From: Microthyrium microscopicum
Lineage: Eukaryota
Reading direction: 5' to 3'
Length of the DNA stretch: 64,000 nucleotides
Assembly: GCA_010405405.1 (NCBI GenBank)
Contig: MU004232.1
Location: 69,540-133,539 of the forward strand
In this document: piece after piece, positions 13,384 through 26,106 of the stretch
How positions within the stretch are numbered: the first letter of the stretch is position 1
Layout: each line of letters begins with the position of its first letter
Position numbers and translations under genes: made by a program
The notes under the pieces: generated by a model
Seen by the model: only the letters and a program-made list of their open reading frames with translations
Told to the model about the DNA's origin: nothing
Database searches by the model: none

Positions 13384-14233
13384 ATGAATATATTTCGGCT
13401 GTTGGGTAAGCTACAACCTGAAGCGCAACCAGAATCCAAGCAGACTAGCTAACAAGGGGACAGCCGACTTTTCCCATCTGGCATCGATATTCATACTACT
13501 TCATAAGATGCGAAGCTCCAGTGTACGTCGAAATTGATCGCGACGCTCCCAACCATAGCCAGGCGCATCGAAACGCCCCACAAGGTCTTTGCTAACATCC
13601 GATCCCCTATTAGAGCGCAGCTGGCATCTCCTTCAAATCACAATTTTTATACTTCCTAGTCTACTGCACCCGTTACTTTGACCTACTCTGGACGTTCTAC
13701 CACCCAACCTCCCTCTACAACACATGCTTCAAGATCATATTCCTCAGCAGCTCCGGCTACGTCATCTACCTGATGCTCAACGACTACAAGCCGACCCATG
13801 ATCCGAACCAAGATACCTTCAAAGTCGAATACCTGCTCGCTGGGTCCGCTCTCCTCGCCATCCTATTCCCATACAAGTACACGGTCGCCGAAGTGCTTTG
13901 GACATTTTCCATCTGGCTCGAATCAGTCGCGATTTTGCCGCAATTGTTCATGTTGCAAAGAACAGGGGAAGCGGAGACGATCACGACGCATTATTTGTTT
14001 GCGCTAGGAGCGTATCGAGCGCTGTATATTCCGAATTGGATCTATCGGTGGGCTACGGAGCCGAACTGGAGTGATCCGACGGCGGTTCTTGCGGGGATAG
14101 TGCAGACGATTTTGTATTCGGACTTTTTCTGGATTTACTATACCAAGTATGCTCGCTCGTCAAACGCTTTGTTTAACCCGCTAACGTCTATACTAGGGTC
14201 ATGCAAGGCAAACGGTTTAATTTGCCGGTATAG
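13384..14233 (+). CDS. ERD2: ER lumen protein-retaining (HDEL/KDEL) receptor, 4 exons
   Basis: MNIFRLL.DFSHLASI, AGISFKSQ, TRYFDL, WTFSIWLESVAILPQLFMLQRTGEAETITTHYLFALGAYRALY; C-terminus GKRFNLPV*. Confidence 0.96.
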
Positions 14234-15823
14234 AAGCCTCACAACGGGTGGATTCGTCGAGCTGGATGCAATGCGCTGCTTTGAACGATATCGCAAGCAG
14301 CATCAAGCTAGCCATCGAGTGTTTCAGTGGGCGAGCTATTCAGCGAAGTACTAAGTGTGGTATCCGAAATCACAACCATTTTTGAACGCGACAGAATTAT
14401 GCCTTGCCCTGTTTTGGGAATGCTAAGTGAAGTCGTTTGTAGCATAGAAAAGCCGTCAACCCTCGGAGGGTTCTGGTCAGTTTAGCGGAGTTTTTTGTGT
14501 TATTGGGCTTGGTTTTTTGTCTTGGAGTGCAGTGGCATCTGCTGGACTGGACTGGAATACCATTAGAACATGATTAATTGCCCCGAATTGAAATGATTTG
14601 GTATCGATGAGTGTGCTCTAGATGGATTGAGGACCGGCCAAGACTTGTCTTCATATTGTAATGATATGCGGTTATGGACGTCTTAAGCGAGCGATTGGCG
14701 ATATAGGCCTAAAATCGGTGTGCATGAAGCCTTAATATGCTGGCTACAAATCCTCCTCATCCTATGAACAGTCGATTGATGTACCTGCGTCGTTCATTAC
14801 CACTCTTAACCCCATAAGATGGCTTGTATAGGCCACTGACCGGTCTAAATGTTTCCAGGGCTGCAAGTGATTGTCCATGAGCCTGTTCCTGGTTGGCTTC
14901 GTCACTGCGCCTTTCTGAACCCGGGATTTGTATTTTTCTGGGATAAATTAAAGAATGCGTAATAGCAAACCTGCAGTAGGATGATAATTCGTCCATATAT
15001 ACCATCACCAAGTGAGGGTCCTGACAGGGCTCGTTGATGTTTGAAGTCATAAACAAAGTCCAGTTTCCCTCTCCACAGTAGAAACTGCAAATTTGTTCTA
15101 CAAGTTCCTCATTGTTTGAAACTACTGGACTGCTCAAAGAAACGTTTGCAACGACACTTGATTCAATTAATTAACGTAGCCGCCATGTCGAATCGTCTTT
15201 ACACTATCATGAGCCAGGTCGCTCTACTGTTCATACTCTCCGCGTGGTTAGTAAACAAAATATCTCAGAAGGAAAGAATTGCCAGCTAATGAGATTTAAT
15301 TGCATAGGGTGGCATCAGCGGCACCACAGGCTCCTCCAAGGCCTTCAAATCTACCAAAAGCCACTCCATATCCGGGTCCTAACGATCCTCTGCAGACACG
15401 ACCTATGCCACCTGGATTCCCAACGCACCCAAAGATGATTTAGGATACTTACGCCAAGTGCCCAGGGAGATCAGATGAGATGCGATACTGTACATGTATA
15501 TTTAATGGGAGTTTTACTTGGAATGAGTAATTGTTATGACTTAGACGAGATTAGGATATATGTGATATACACAAGATTGATCGATCGCTAAAATACTTAC
15601 CTATGTGTTATGTAACTAGAATGTATCCTCAGGCGGATTTCAAACATGGCAGTGAGTTGGTGTGTTGGTCGGCCATTGAAATTGAAGTCATTACTATTAA
15701 ATTCTCTCCCAGCAACAAAACACCGAACGGTTTTATAGCGCATAAGAGTATCATTACAGTTACTCTGTGTGCATATTTCTTAAGGACTAGATTGTTTGAT
15801 AGTATCATACAAGTAAAATATAC

Positions 15824-17240
15824 CTAAGCACCAGTACCAAATGTCGAGTTAAGATCACCAAACTTGATGTTCGAGAACGTAACAGTAGCGCTTCCTTGCT
15901 TAGCCTCCACTGTAGCAGGCGCACCCTCACCAGCCGGGCAATCACCACGCTTGACACCAGGTCCAGTCTTATCCTTTGGCATGCTAGCATCCAACCAGTC
16001 CATATCACTATAATGGTCATCCCAGATACTCATGACGAGGGTCATACCCTTGGCCATAGCATCGCTCATGCTCTTGAAACCACCCTTCTCCTTGAAGCCA
16101 TAGTTATCGCCAAACAGCTTCTTTTGCGCGTCGCAGAACTCGGGGGTAATGCTGTTACCCTTGACACCCTCGAGCTTGGATTCGCTGTTGGGAATGACTT
16201 TGCCGTTCTGTACGTAGAAGCGCTTGATCTCGGTGAGGGGGTTGCCGATGAATTGGGTGACCACGGTGAATTTCTTGTTGGTGTCGACGGTTTTGCCCTT
16301 GCCGTAGAAATCTGGGTCTCCCATGCGGTAGGAGTTGAAATCGCAACCGTCAGCATCGCAGACACCAGCGTAGCGTTCGCTGGAGTAAGTTCCACCTGTA
16401 GCGTTATGTTAGTTTATCGAGACTTTTGTGAGTAGCAGATCAAGGAATGAAAGACTTACCACAAGAGTCGCCCTTGCACATGGTTTGTTCGGTCTTGGTG
16501 CAAGAATGAGGAGTGACAGCGGCAGAGATGGCATTGGCTTCCCAGATGTCCATCTCCGCGCAGCACGAACCCATGGGGCCGACACCAGCGTTGGCATCGT
16601 TCTTGGATGGTTGCCAGCCCTCAATGTTGCCAATACCGTTGATGAACTTCAAGTCACGCGGGCACTGGGCGTCACAGTATCCAGTGCCGTATTTGGCACC
16701 AGCCTTGTTGGAAGAGTACTTTGCCTGGCCACCATCGGCGTCCATGCTGACAAAGTAGAGAGCAGCGTTGAGACCGCAGCCAACAGTGGGGAATTCGACG
16801 TCGAATGTGAACTCTTTGTTGAGGAGGTTGAATTGCTGATACTTGTTCTCACTGGCCATGAGGTATGTCCGCGAACCTACATTGGTGCCGTATTGATGTT
16901 TGGTCAAGAACTTCAAGCTCAAGCTGTCGCCGCCAGCCTTGATGCCATATGTGCCAGAGTAGTCAGCACCTTCGACAACGCACTTGGTGCCTGCGGTTTT
17001 ACCGTCAGAGACTTCGCTCGTCCATTTGTTGCCGTCGTAGCAGTTCTTGGTGGTGCCTTCAGTGTGGGTCCATCGCCAGTTGGCGTCGACTGTGACCTCG
17101 CCCTTCTTGGACTGGCATCCGCCGCCCTTGGTGCATGTTTTCCAGTTGAGCGAAGGATGCTTCTCAGCAGTGTTTTTGCCAACGCCCTGAGCGTTGACTG
17201 CCGCAATGGCGGACAGAACTAAAAGCCCTGCTCTATGCAT
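15824..17240 (-). CDS. Glycoside hydrolase family 7 cellobiohydrolase, secreted, no CBM1, 2 exons
   Basis: Signal peptide, [35 protein letters not shown], catalytic [21 protein letters not shown]. Intron 16396-16459. Confidence 0.95.
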
Positions 17241-18319
17241 TATGTAGTATTGACTGATCCCCGGGAGAGAGGTAAAAATGAATGACTGTCAATACTTACG
17301 TGCTTCCTGAGATAGAGGGTGGAAGGAGTCGGCTCCTGAGTTTTTAAGCAACACTGTGGAAAGCTATAGCATCCATGAGTATGCACGGAACAATTATCCC
17401 AATGGAATGCGGAAGAATAAATCTCTGGGAGGGACAGTGCATGCCCTGATATGCGAGAATTGTAGAATAATAAAGAAATTGTTTGGAGAGCTTTAGTGAT
17501 GAGTTCTGATAGGGCCAATGGGCCGGTCCTACCTAGATTACTATGCCTATATTGCATAAAGCTGGTCAGTTAATAATCTCATGCTCTTTCAATTGGTCAG
17601 TTTCTTACTATTCAAGGTCTTTATAGTGTGTGAGCAATGATAACCGGTCTTGTGGTTTAGTCGATGCGCGAATGTTTTGAAAATGCTTAACGCGGTGATT
17701 ACAGGTAGGACCTGTATCGTCGGAAATTTCGGCCGCCGTTCCATAGGGAACATTTCTCTTCAAAGTATGAGGTAGAAGAACTATGATTTTGAGCCAGGAT
17801 GTAGATCGGATACATGCATCTAATCATCTCGAAGTCCAATTGATCAGTCGTTCGCTGAGACCTCTGCCGTAAGCTAGCAATACAGAAGTACTGGATGGAA
17901 TAGGAAGTTGATATTTGGTGACCTTGGCTGAGCTGCATCGGTATCCACGACTAAGGTGACTTGAAAGTTGCTCCATGCCAGCTATAGCAATCGAACTGCA
18001 TGGTTCTGTAGGTAATTCTGGCGAAAGACTTTGTTGTAAATACATACGGGCAAGCGAATCAATAATCGAAGCCTTGATATTGGCAAGCATTGGGCCGCTT
18101 TGAAGCTTGTTAGTCCTCAATTACCACGACCATTCGAAGTAAGCTAATTGGAAAGTAAATTCTATTCTTTGAATTCATACTTTGCGGTAATTAGCTCAGA
18201 AAAAACCCAGCCATTTCAAGATACCAGTAGAGTAACAATGGTTGCTTTTGAGCAAGTGGATATATTGCACCTCCAGAACACCTATGCATGTTAAAATTGA
18301 CAAATTGACAAAGTCACAA

Positions 18320-19153
18320 TCATCTCAAGCACCGGCCCCAAGCTAAAGCTTCACGTTAGCTGTATATCATGCTGAAGTTCCTGATCACTTACCGGGTAGT
18401 CCACACCCAAAACCGATGAACAGGTAAAGCAAAAATACGGAGACCAATATCAGCAGTGCCATTAACTTGACATTCTTCCACCACATCCGTCTCCGCAGTC
18501 CTGTACTCCGCACTCGAAAATCTCTTGCACTGCCTCCCAATCTATCAGTTTTGTCAACCAACAAATCAATGCGCTCGCCACGTTCGAGCACACGTTCGAT
18601 ATTCTCGTTCATGATATCTCGAACATCATCCATCTCCCGTTGGACATTCTTCAGCGCATCCTTTTGTCCTTCCTCTGAGCCATGGTGATTCATGATACTC
18701 TTCAGTGTCGTGTTGAAAGAACCGCATCCATAACCAGGTAATCCGGAGAAATCTGTGGCCGCTGGTGGATATTCCTCAAGGAATCGTTTCTTGGCTTCTA
18801 GTAAGAAGCCAAATGGAACGCGTTGACCAAGGTCGTCTTTCGCAATGCACATGTAGGTCAGTCCGCCGGCAGATTGCGAGTTGGAGGGGTATTCTGAGGA
18901 TGAAGCGGCGATGTAGTGTATGTGATTTGCGCCATGGGTGTATGTCAGCTTCTTTGGGCTCGAGTGGTCGATTTTGGGGAGGATAATGGATGCCGTTTTG
19001 GTGATTTGGGCGGAGGGCGCGGATACGTGTTCGGTGAGAATCGTAGAATTATAGGCGATACATGCGCTGCATGACTGATTAGAAGATTCTCGGAACAAGC
19101 AATTTAGTCGCTCACTAAAGCAATGGATTTTGTGAGGTGCTGGAGGACGCCAT
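18320..19153 (-). CDS. Longin-domain R-SNARE (VAMP7/Nyv1-like), 3 exons
   Basis: N-terminal longin domain, R-SNARE motif MNENIERVLERGERIDLLVDKTD, RRRMWWKNVK and a C-terminal TM helix ending CGLP|AWGRCLR*. Confidence 0.92.
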
Positions 19154-19358
19154 TGCGCCAGGTTTCGGTGGTAGGTTTTGGAGCTCGACTATCTTCGAGA
19201 AGTAGCTTGGATATGAGACACAGGCTCAGCAGGATTTCAGGTTAGAGATATTTAGAAGGAAGTGCAGAGTATGAGGGTGGTTTGAGGAGATTCAGACAAC
19301 TGCAAGATCTCCAAAAGCTTTCTCCAAACGTCATACATTGTAGAGCAGCTACTTCCGT

Positions 19359-19372
19359 GTATCACGTGATAC
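19359..19372. promoter_or_regulatory. Perfect 14-bp palindrome containing an E-box (GTATCACGTGATAC), candidate bHLH site
   Basis: Palindrome seen directly, ~205 bp upstream of the R-SNARE ATG. Function is inferred. Confidence 0.4.
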
Positions 19373-19749
19373 GTTCAAGAATTGACGAATCCGCCGAATC
19401 GCAACTGCTTGATTTTTTGGCCAAGTCCTACGGTAGATTCATAAATCTCAAAGTCTAATCTACCAAATTTGCACGAATTGTGGAGGTTCTTCAAGGTGTT
19501 GAATTTGACATTAGGTATTAAGTATGAGGCCACTACTACCGGTATGACAATGCCGTTGAAGCTCGGGAGTTATCAACAGCTTGCTCACAAGCTTTCTGTC
19601 GAGTACTAAAAGGGGGTATAAAGCTAGAAATGAAACATGATGATGCAAATGAAAACGCTCCAACAACAAATCATTCAGATGGATTTCGAGAAGCGACGTT
19701 GAAGCCTGTAGTGTCGATGTCGACGGCGACCACGATATCTCACAGATCG

Positions 19750-20750
19750 CTAATCCGCCATTTCCTTTGCCTTATCCTTGGATTCATCCGCCAGGTCCTT
19801 GGAGCCGTCTTTGTTATCCGCATCGGTATCAGAAGGGGTCTTATCATCCGATGACGAAGAGTCTGTCTTAGAGCTTGATGCTTCAGGTCCTGGAGGCGGT
19901 GGAGGTTTAGGTAATGCTATTGCTGGAGACTCATCTGGATCGTAAGGAGCAACAACAGCAACAGGAGCAGCTGGAAAAGCCCCAGCTGGAGTGCTAATCA
20001 TCGGCGCTGCGGCTGGAGCTGGTTGCGGAACAGGAATGGGTCCTTGAGCCTTCAAGGCCGCAGCATTGCTCATGCCCGACCCTTCGGCTTGATACATGTC
20101 AGGGTTATTGGCCGTATTTGTTCGTAGGACTCGCTCGTATAGCCGTGTGAGACGTGCCACTTCCGAGCGTACTGTCACTTGCTGGTCGATATCAATTTCA
20201 TCGTAGCCATGCATTCCTTTGCTTATGCCTGCTCCGATTTCTGAAGTTTAGTTAAATGCTCCTGAAAATGAATATGTCAAGTTATGAGAATATCCGGCTT
20301 ACCTCTCCACATGATTTCCGAGTTTTCTATCTCATCGACGACCCGTTCAAGGTCATCTCTAAACATGCGTGCTCTCATTGGTTGACCCCTGCTCTTCAAG
20401 TACGCTACGACGCCGGCTATGATGGTATTGGTTGCTCCAAACAGGGTGATCAGGATATGAGAGCTCTCAGATGCGCCGAGTCCTGTGACAGCAGCACCAA
20501 GAACCACTTGTGATAGCAACAGGGTATTCGATAAAGAGGCAGTAAAGGCATAGGTGTTTTGCTGGGACCGTCTCATCTTCAGAGCCCGGCCATACAATGA
20601 TTTCTTGGGCACCACTTCCGCACGAACAGTGTCCGAGGGAGGGATACCGATGAGTTTGCAAAATTGACTGTGGAGGTCATCATCTTCACGGTCCCCAACC
20701 TCCCAGAAATTGTTTCGGGGTCCAAGCAAAGGAGTATGCTCGCTGGGCAT
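19750..20750 (-). CDS. Fungal SLATT-type (SMODS and SLOG-associating 2TM) protein with Pro/Asp/Lys-rich tail, 2 exons
   Basis: NTLLLSQVVLGAAVTGLGAS...ITLFGATNTIIAGVVAYLKSRGQPMRARMF is the 2TM + GQP pattern I recall for the fungal SLATT family. Intron 20302-20229. Confidence 0.75.
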
Positions 20751-21669
20751 GATTCGTGGATCGTGTTCCAGTAGTTGGGGAAATAGACTCAAGGTTCCAA
20801 AGTTTGCCCAATTTGCTCTTTTTGTACCAACGATCTGTGAACGAAACGTGATAGGGACCAATTAACACAGAATTAGGATATTGATGATAGGAAAGAGAGA
20901 ATCGCATTTGAAGGAGAGAAAAGTTGGAGATTGAGCTATCAACAGTAGTGGAGAGGGGAACGATGGATTGTTTATATCTGTTAGGTACGATGAGTGGTCT
21001 AAGCGTGACGGGTGATCTACTGCCAAGCAGTTGCTATCAAGAAAAACGAATAAAAGGCGTTCGTTATGTCTTATCATTCGCTGAATTGACAGCTCTTGCT
21101 GCACGTATTCTCTTGCTGTGCTTTCTTAACGCGCCTGGTCTTTAAGAGGATTGTTGGCAGGCATCACGAACCGAACTTCCGTTTTTGCAACACCATACGG
21201 CGTACATGAAGCTCTCTCGTGATACATGCCTAGGTACCGACATAAGTATATGTATGCTAGACACACATGCGCACGTACTCGTGAGAGCTGTTTGTCGATA
21301 TCGAACAAGTGACCTGAAACTCCCAAGATGGTTCTAGAGCTGCCATGTGCTTATAACCATACTGCTCGTTTGTAACCATTCCAGTAAAGGCTAGATCACA
21401 ACTCCTGTTTGATATTTGGGCGAGGCTGGAGCTTGTTGGAGCTTGGAGATGAAGTTAGTCTACTCTAGAGTACCAAACAAAAACCAGCTCAAAGAGCTCC
21501 TGATAAAATTGACAGCTGTCCTCCCTGAGCTGTAAACTGGATCTTGAATTGAATCAGCTCCCTAAGCTTATATCCATCAATCGACCAGTGGAGCTCTTAA
21601 TGACGATAGATTGAGGTCATTCCCATCGTGCAATGCCACATTTTGCACAATTTTCCTTCAGATGAGAAT

Positions 21670-22709
21670 ATGTCTCAGTCCACTATGACCAAATCAATAA
21701 CCAAATCCAAGGCAATCGATCCTGAGTTGCGTTTCCCTGTGAGTTTGAACCTTCTGCCTCTGACCCACCACCAAATGTCTCGAGAACATTGTGAAGAACT
21801 GAGGCAATAATGTTTCGCCTTTCGTCTTCAATGTTCATCTAAGCCATGAAGTGCTGCCCATTGTGTCAATTCCATGGTGGTGATATTGTCCCTGTCCATA
21901 AAAGTGCAAATACTAACGAGTCCGGCAGATAGACCTGGCCCGACGCCATAGCATAAACATCTATGCAAGCCATGAACAACAATACCACCGCTCCTTCACC
22001 CTCACACCAGTCCAAGAAGAAACGCCCCGCAAACCACCGCCCAAGAAGGCCTCGGCGAAGCTCAAGAAGAAGGACTTGAACATTCATGTTCTCGTCGTGG
22101 ACGACAACAGCACCAACCAGTTGGTCCTGAGCAGAACGCTAGCCCTGCTGGGCGCCAGAGTCTCCATAGCACACGATGGACAGGACGCCATCTCGCAGCT
22201 TCGGGCTGTGAATCCAGTTTGCAGGTTTTCGTGTTGCAGGCCAACTGAGAAAAAGTACTCTGGCACTAGGCCGCCAACTTATAAACGGCACAATTCTGTC
22301 GTCTTTCCTCTCCATAATATCATCGAGCCTTCGATTTCGGAACAATTCGATTTGGTTCTGATGGATAAAGATATGCCAGTCATGAATGGAATCGAGGCCA
22401 TCACCAGAATACGTGAGGTAAGCTTCTACCATGCCAGAAGCCCGTGATGGCTCCCAGCACATTTGATACCTCCATCAGAGGCGATGGTAAATTTATACTA
22501 ACAACTCCTAGCTAGAAAAGGCCGGGCGTCTGCCATATCAGGGCAAGTCCAAGCTAGACTGCTTGCCAATCATCGGACACACAGCCGACTATTCCGATGA
22601 TGCAATCGACCAATTCACAGCCGCAGGCGCAGACGACGTGATGAAGAAGCCCTTTAAGTCCGCAAACCTTGAGCAAAGAGTCCGGATGGCGTTGAATTTA
22701 GAGCTTTGA
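21670..22709 (+). CDS. Stand-alone response-regulator receiver (REC) protein
   Basis: VLVVDDN..NQ, AHDGQDAI, FDLVLMD(phosphoacceptor)KDMPVMNGIEA, PIIGHTA, GADDVMKKP. Intron 22417-22511. The 5' exon (21670-21738, intron to 21928) is tentative. Confidence 0.78.
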
Positions 22710-22886
22710 GCTTAATAAACGAGCCGGCTGCCATGGCGTTTCAAGTAATAATGTAGAGATACCCCATGTATATGTACCCAGCTTTTAGAGAAGGGTGCTT
22801 CCCCCCATGCGTTACGAAGGTTGAATATGATGAACAGTATTCATTCATGAGATCTGGGTATCATTTGATTGCGTCTAGATGTGACA

Positions 22887-23999
22887 TTAGCCTCTATTCA
22901 TTGTGTTTCCACTTCCTCTGGGATTCTCTTCTTTGAAATCATCCCATTTCCGTGCTTTCATCGTCTCTTCATCGGCAATATCGTAATCGTCTTCATCGAC
23001 CTGTGGTCTTATCCCACTCTGTGCTCCTCCTCCTTCTATGATACCTCCGCGTTTTCGCTCTTCTTCCAGATACTCGTCGATGGACATTGTGGGCAGACTG
23101 TGATCTGGTTGGAAGACGCCATCTTGGAGGCGTGTGCGTTTATCGAGGAGTGTAAATGGTCTCAACGGTTTGCCTTTCTTATCGAGAATGGGGCCGGTCT
23201 TGTTAGTGAGGAATGTATTTACGTCTAGACGTTCGGAATATGTATCTGCGTTGCGGGAATCTTCGCGCAGATCTGATGGGGTGAGCGGTGTTTGTTGGGG
23301 CGGTGGGGCCATGTTGAGGAGTTTGAGCTCGAGGGCGGCGAATTCGAGGCTTTGGAAGGTTTCGTGGACTCGAAGAGCAAGGTTGGCGAGATGAAGATGG
23401 CGGACGGCGGCGTCGTCGGAGCCTAGTCGAGGATCATTCCGTAATGCCTATGGTCATTAGTCCTGTTCGCTTAGCGGTAACATTGAGTTTCCTACAGCGA
23501 GCTTTGTTTTAAGCTCCTTCTCCTCACGAAACCGCGATATCTTCACTTCTCTTCGTTTCGTCGCATCTACAGGTCCTGCAACCTCAAAGTCCTCCTTATT
23601 CTCCGAGTAGCGCTCCAACAGTCGAGCGTCGTCTTTGTTTAACAGCTCATATTGATCTAATCGTTGCAAGAATTTCTCCCAGTACTGTGTCGCCTCGAGC
23701 ACCGCACTACGTCTGCCACCCGGTGAATCTCCCGCCGTCGTCTTGAATAGGGCGTCTGCAAGAAAGTAGTCTACCAAAATGTATTGAAGCTCCGAGGAAG
23801 CGATATCATCAATCGTTTCGTTCGGCGAGAAGAGGGAGACTGAGGAGATGAGCTTGGCGCATTGTTGGTAGAGGGCGATTAGTGTAGGTATGCCGGTTGA
23901 ACTGGGTATTGATCCATCGTAGATTTGTTCGCGGAGTGCTTCTGCGGTTCGGTACATGGCCGACAAGGACTGATCGGAGGGTTCATCGGTTTGCTCCAT
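22887..23999 (-). CDS. TAP42: PP2A-associated TAP42/IGBP1 (alpha4) protein, 2 exons
   Basis: SLFSPNETIDDI, YILVDYFLA, RREVKISRF, GKPLRPFTL, LPTMSIDEYLEEE, KARKWDDFKEENPRGSGNTMNRG. Intron 23448-23495. Confidence 0.93.
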
Positions 24000-24367
24000 G
24001 TTGTTTATTTGGCGCTTGAACGGAGATCGAAAAGTTCGGTGGAATATTGTTGTGGTTGTTTACTTTCAAGTTTCACAGAAAGCTCGAGGCCGTTGGTGGT
24101 GGCGTGGAGATGAGGGATGACAAATGTCTGTGCTCAGCCTTGTCTTCAGCCTTGCAGTCATAAAACCTCAAGTCTACAGCAATTGACCAACCATACGAGA
24201 ACATTTAGATCATTGATGTATCATAAAATCATAACATTGTACTGACTAAAGCCGATGAAAAAAATAGCTAAAATCGCTGCACCGTCCAATGCAAAAAGGG
24301 GTATCTTAAAGTCAACGAGCCAACACCACCCAGCAACAAGCATTCTTCCCCCAGTGGGAAGTTCAGA

Positions 24368-26011
24368 CTATTTCACGTTCAACACATCAATGTCTTCAAG
24401 AGTCCCCTCCAACTTCAGCTGATAGAGGCAGCTATATGACTTCCCGTAGTTCTCCAAGACCCTAACAACCGCCTTATTGATTTTGAATGGTGGTAATCGG
24501 CCATACGATGCCAATGATTGCCCCTGAGATGGAGACGGATCGTCAATATCGTAGACGAGTTTTCCCAAACATACCCAACTTTCACCGCTTTCTCTTGGAG
24601 CTGGACTTTCGCATCCTTTGGCATTGTCCAGCCAGTCTTCTGGCACATCATCCACATAGCCGACAAGCTTCGCCCACATGTCGAGTCTTCGCGGAGCAGT
24701 TGTTATATCCAGCGCGGCTGACTTGGGTATATGTTCAAGGATGAGTGTGCGGGGGTAGACAGGGCGCGCCATGCTTATGCCAATGGACAGGACGCCACCA
24801 GGTGATGGGGCAGCACACCAGCAATCTCCATTCTCCGTCCACGGCTTCAAGGCTGCGACTGGAGGTAGAGGAACGTAGTCCTGGAATAAAGTGTAGTAGA
24901 ATTTTGATCGCCAGCTATATCCTTGCGATCGAGTTGGGGATGTGTATTTCGTCCATACGGAAGCGCCCAGGAATGGTGAGAAGAAGTTAGGTCGATGTGG
25001 AGCGGTAATTCTATCTTCAAGACGGCCAACCTTGTCGACCATGGATATGAAATCCTGTTTGACGCCGCGTAGTTCTTCCCATAATCGTGCAGAGTCTGTG
25101 TTTTTGTAACGATACACGGTTGTTGTTGTAGGCTCGCCGGACACACTTATGGTAGTTATTGCAGGCTGATTTGTAGTTCCTATCAGCCGAGGAAAGGATG
25201 GTATAGAAGGTAGTGGCACTCGGATGCCCTTGATGAGTTCCCAGAAAGAACAGCAATACCAAATTATGGCGCTCCCTATGGCGACGCCATTTATGAGAAC
25301 GTAACAGGTCAACGCAATAGCCGGCACCAGATAAACCAAGCCCCAGATATAGTCCGCAATGGCATAGCCGAATATTTCTCCGTGCCACAAGGAGAAAGCA
25401 CTGCGCGCGGGCAATTCTAAGCCTGCTTCGTGTGAGTCGTCGAAATCGTGCCTAGGTTCTCCAATCCCAGAGGGCAATGTATAGTCGTTCTCTGGTGGCG
25501 ATCTTGGAGATGATGTAGGCTGTCTGCTGGGTCGCGGCGACCTTCGCGCTGGTATTTCCACTGATACCTGTCTTCGCGATTGCGGTGGAGGCATTTGCTG
25601 TATCTCTTCGCTCTCATCATCATCATCATCATTGGAATCATCCTGTGGTTCCTTCCCGGCATCAGCTTCATCCTCTTCCTCTAATTCCTCTTCCTCACTC
25701 TCTTCTTCTGATTCCGGTACTGGTTCGGGAGAAGGCTGTTTTCTAGCTTTGCTTCTCAATGCATTGCGTCTTGTGGCAGCATCTTGCTTGGCTTTCATTT
25801 CGTCAATGAAATTTATTTTCCCGCCCGACACGACTCCTTGACTCATGCGCGTATGTTGATCTACCCCGAATGTATTGGTATGGTATCCAGTCTGCGCGAG
25901 GCCGGGGCTGGTTTGCTCTAAACCGGTCACTCTCGCTCTAGTGGTCGAACGTTGCGTCGCTGGTGAAGGCTTGACAGACGGCTGTCGCGTCGAAGCGCGT
26001 CGCGAAGCCAT
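24368..26011 (-). CDS. SUN-domain inner nuclear membrane protein (Sad1/UNC-84 family)
   Basis: Disordered basic/acidic N-terminus, TM segment, coiled coil, then PNFFSPFLGASV..YTSPT, PPVAALKPWTENGDCWCA, LEHIP, ENYG..YSCLYQLKL. Confidence 0.88.
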   Translation of the reverse strand: MASRRASTRQPSVKPSPATQRSTTRARVTGLEQTSPGLAQTGYHTNTFGVDQHTRMSQGVVSGGKINFIDEMKAKQDAATRRNALRSKARKQPSPEPVPESEEESEEEELEEEDEADAGKEPQDDSNDDDDDESEEIQQMPPPQSRRQVSVEIPARRSPRPSRQPTSSPRSPPENDYTLPSGIGEPRHDFDDSHEAGLELPARSAFSLWHGEIFGYAIADYIWGLVYLVPAIALTCYVLINGVAIGSAIIWYCCSFWELIKGIRVPLPSIPSFPRLIGTTNQPAITTISVSGEPTTTTVYRYKNTDSARLWEELRGVKQDFISMVDKVGRLEDRITAPHRPNFFSPFLGASVWTKYTSPTRSQGYSWRSKFYYTLFQDYVPLPPVAALKPWTENGDCWCAAPSPGGVLSIGISMARPVYPRTLILEHIPKSAALDITTAPRRLDMWAKLVGYVDDVPEDWLDNAKGCESPAPRESGESWVCLGKLVYDIDDPSPSQGQSLASYGRLPPFKINKAVVRVLENYGKSYSCLYQLKLEGTLEDIDVLNVK

Positions 26012-26106
26012 TGTAAGCGGAAAAGGTGGCGTATTGGTAGGCAATCTGTAGGCACAAGGGATTAAGTTTGTGGGTTACGTGATAAGTAGAGTCAGTAGGT
26101 TTAGAA

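Noticed and set aside
14757..15137. 126-aa minus-strand ORF
   Set aside because: Non-ATG start, no recognisable domain and no convincing upstream exon.
15896..17222. Long plus-strand ORFs (179 and 264 aa) overlapping GH7
   Set aside because: Antisense shadows caused by strong codon bias in the real minus-strand gene.
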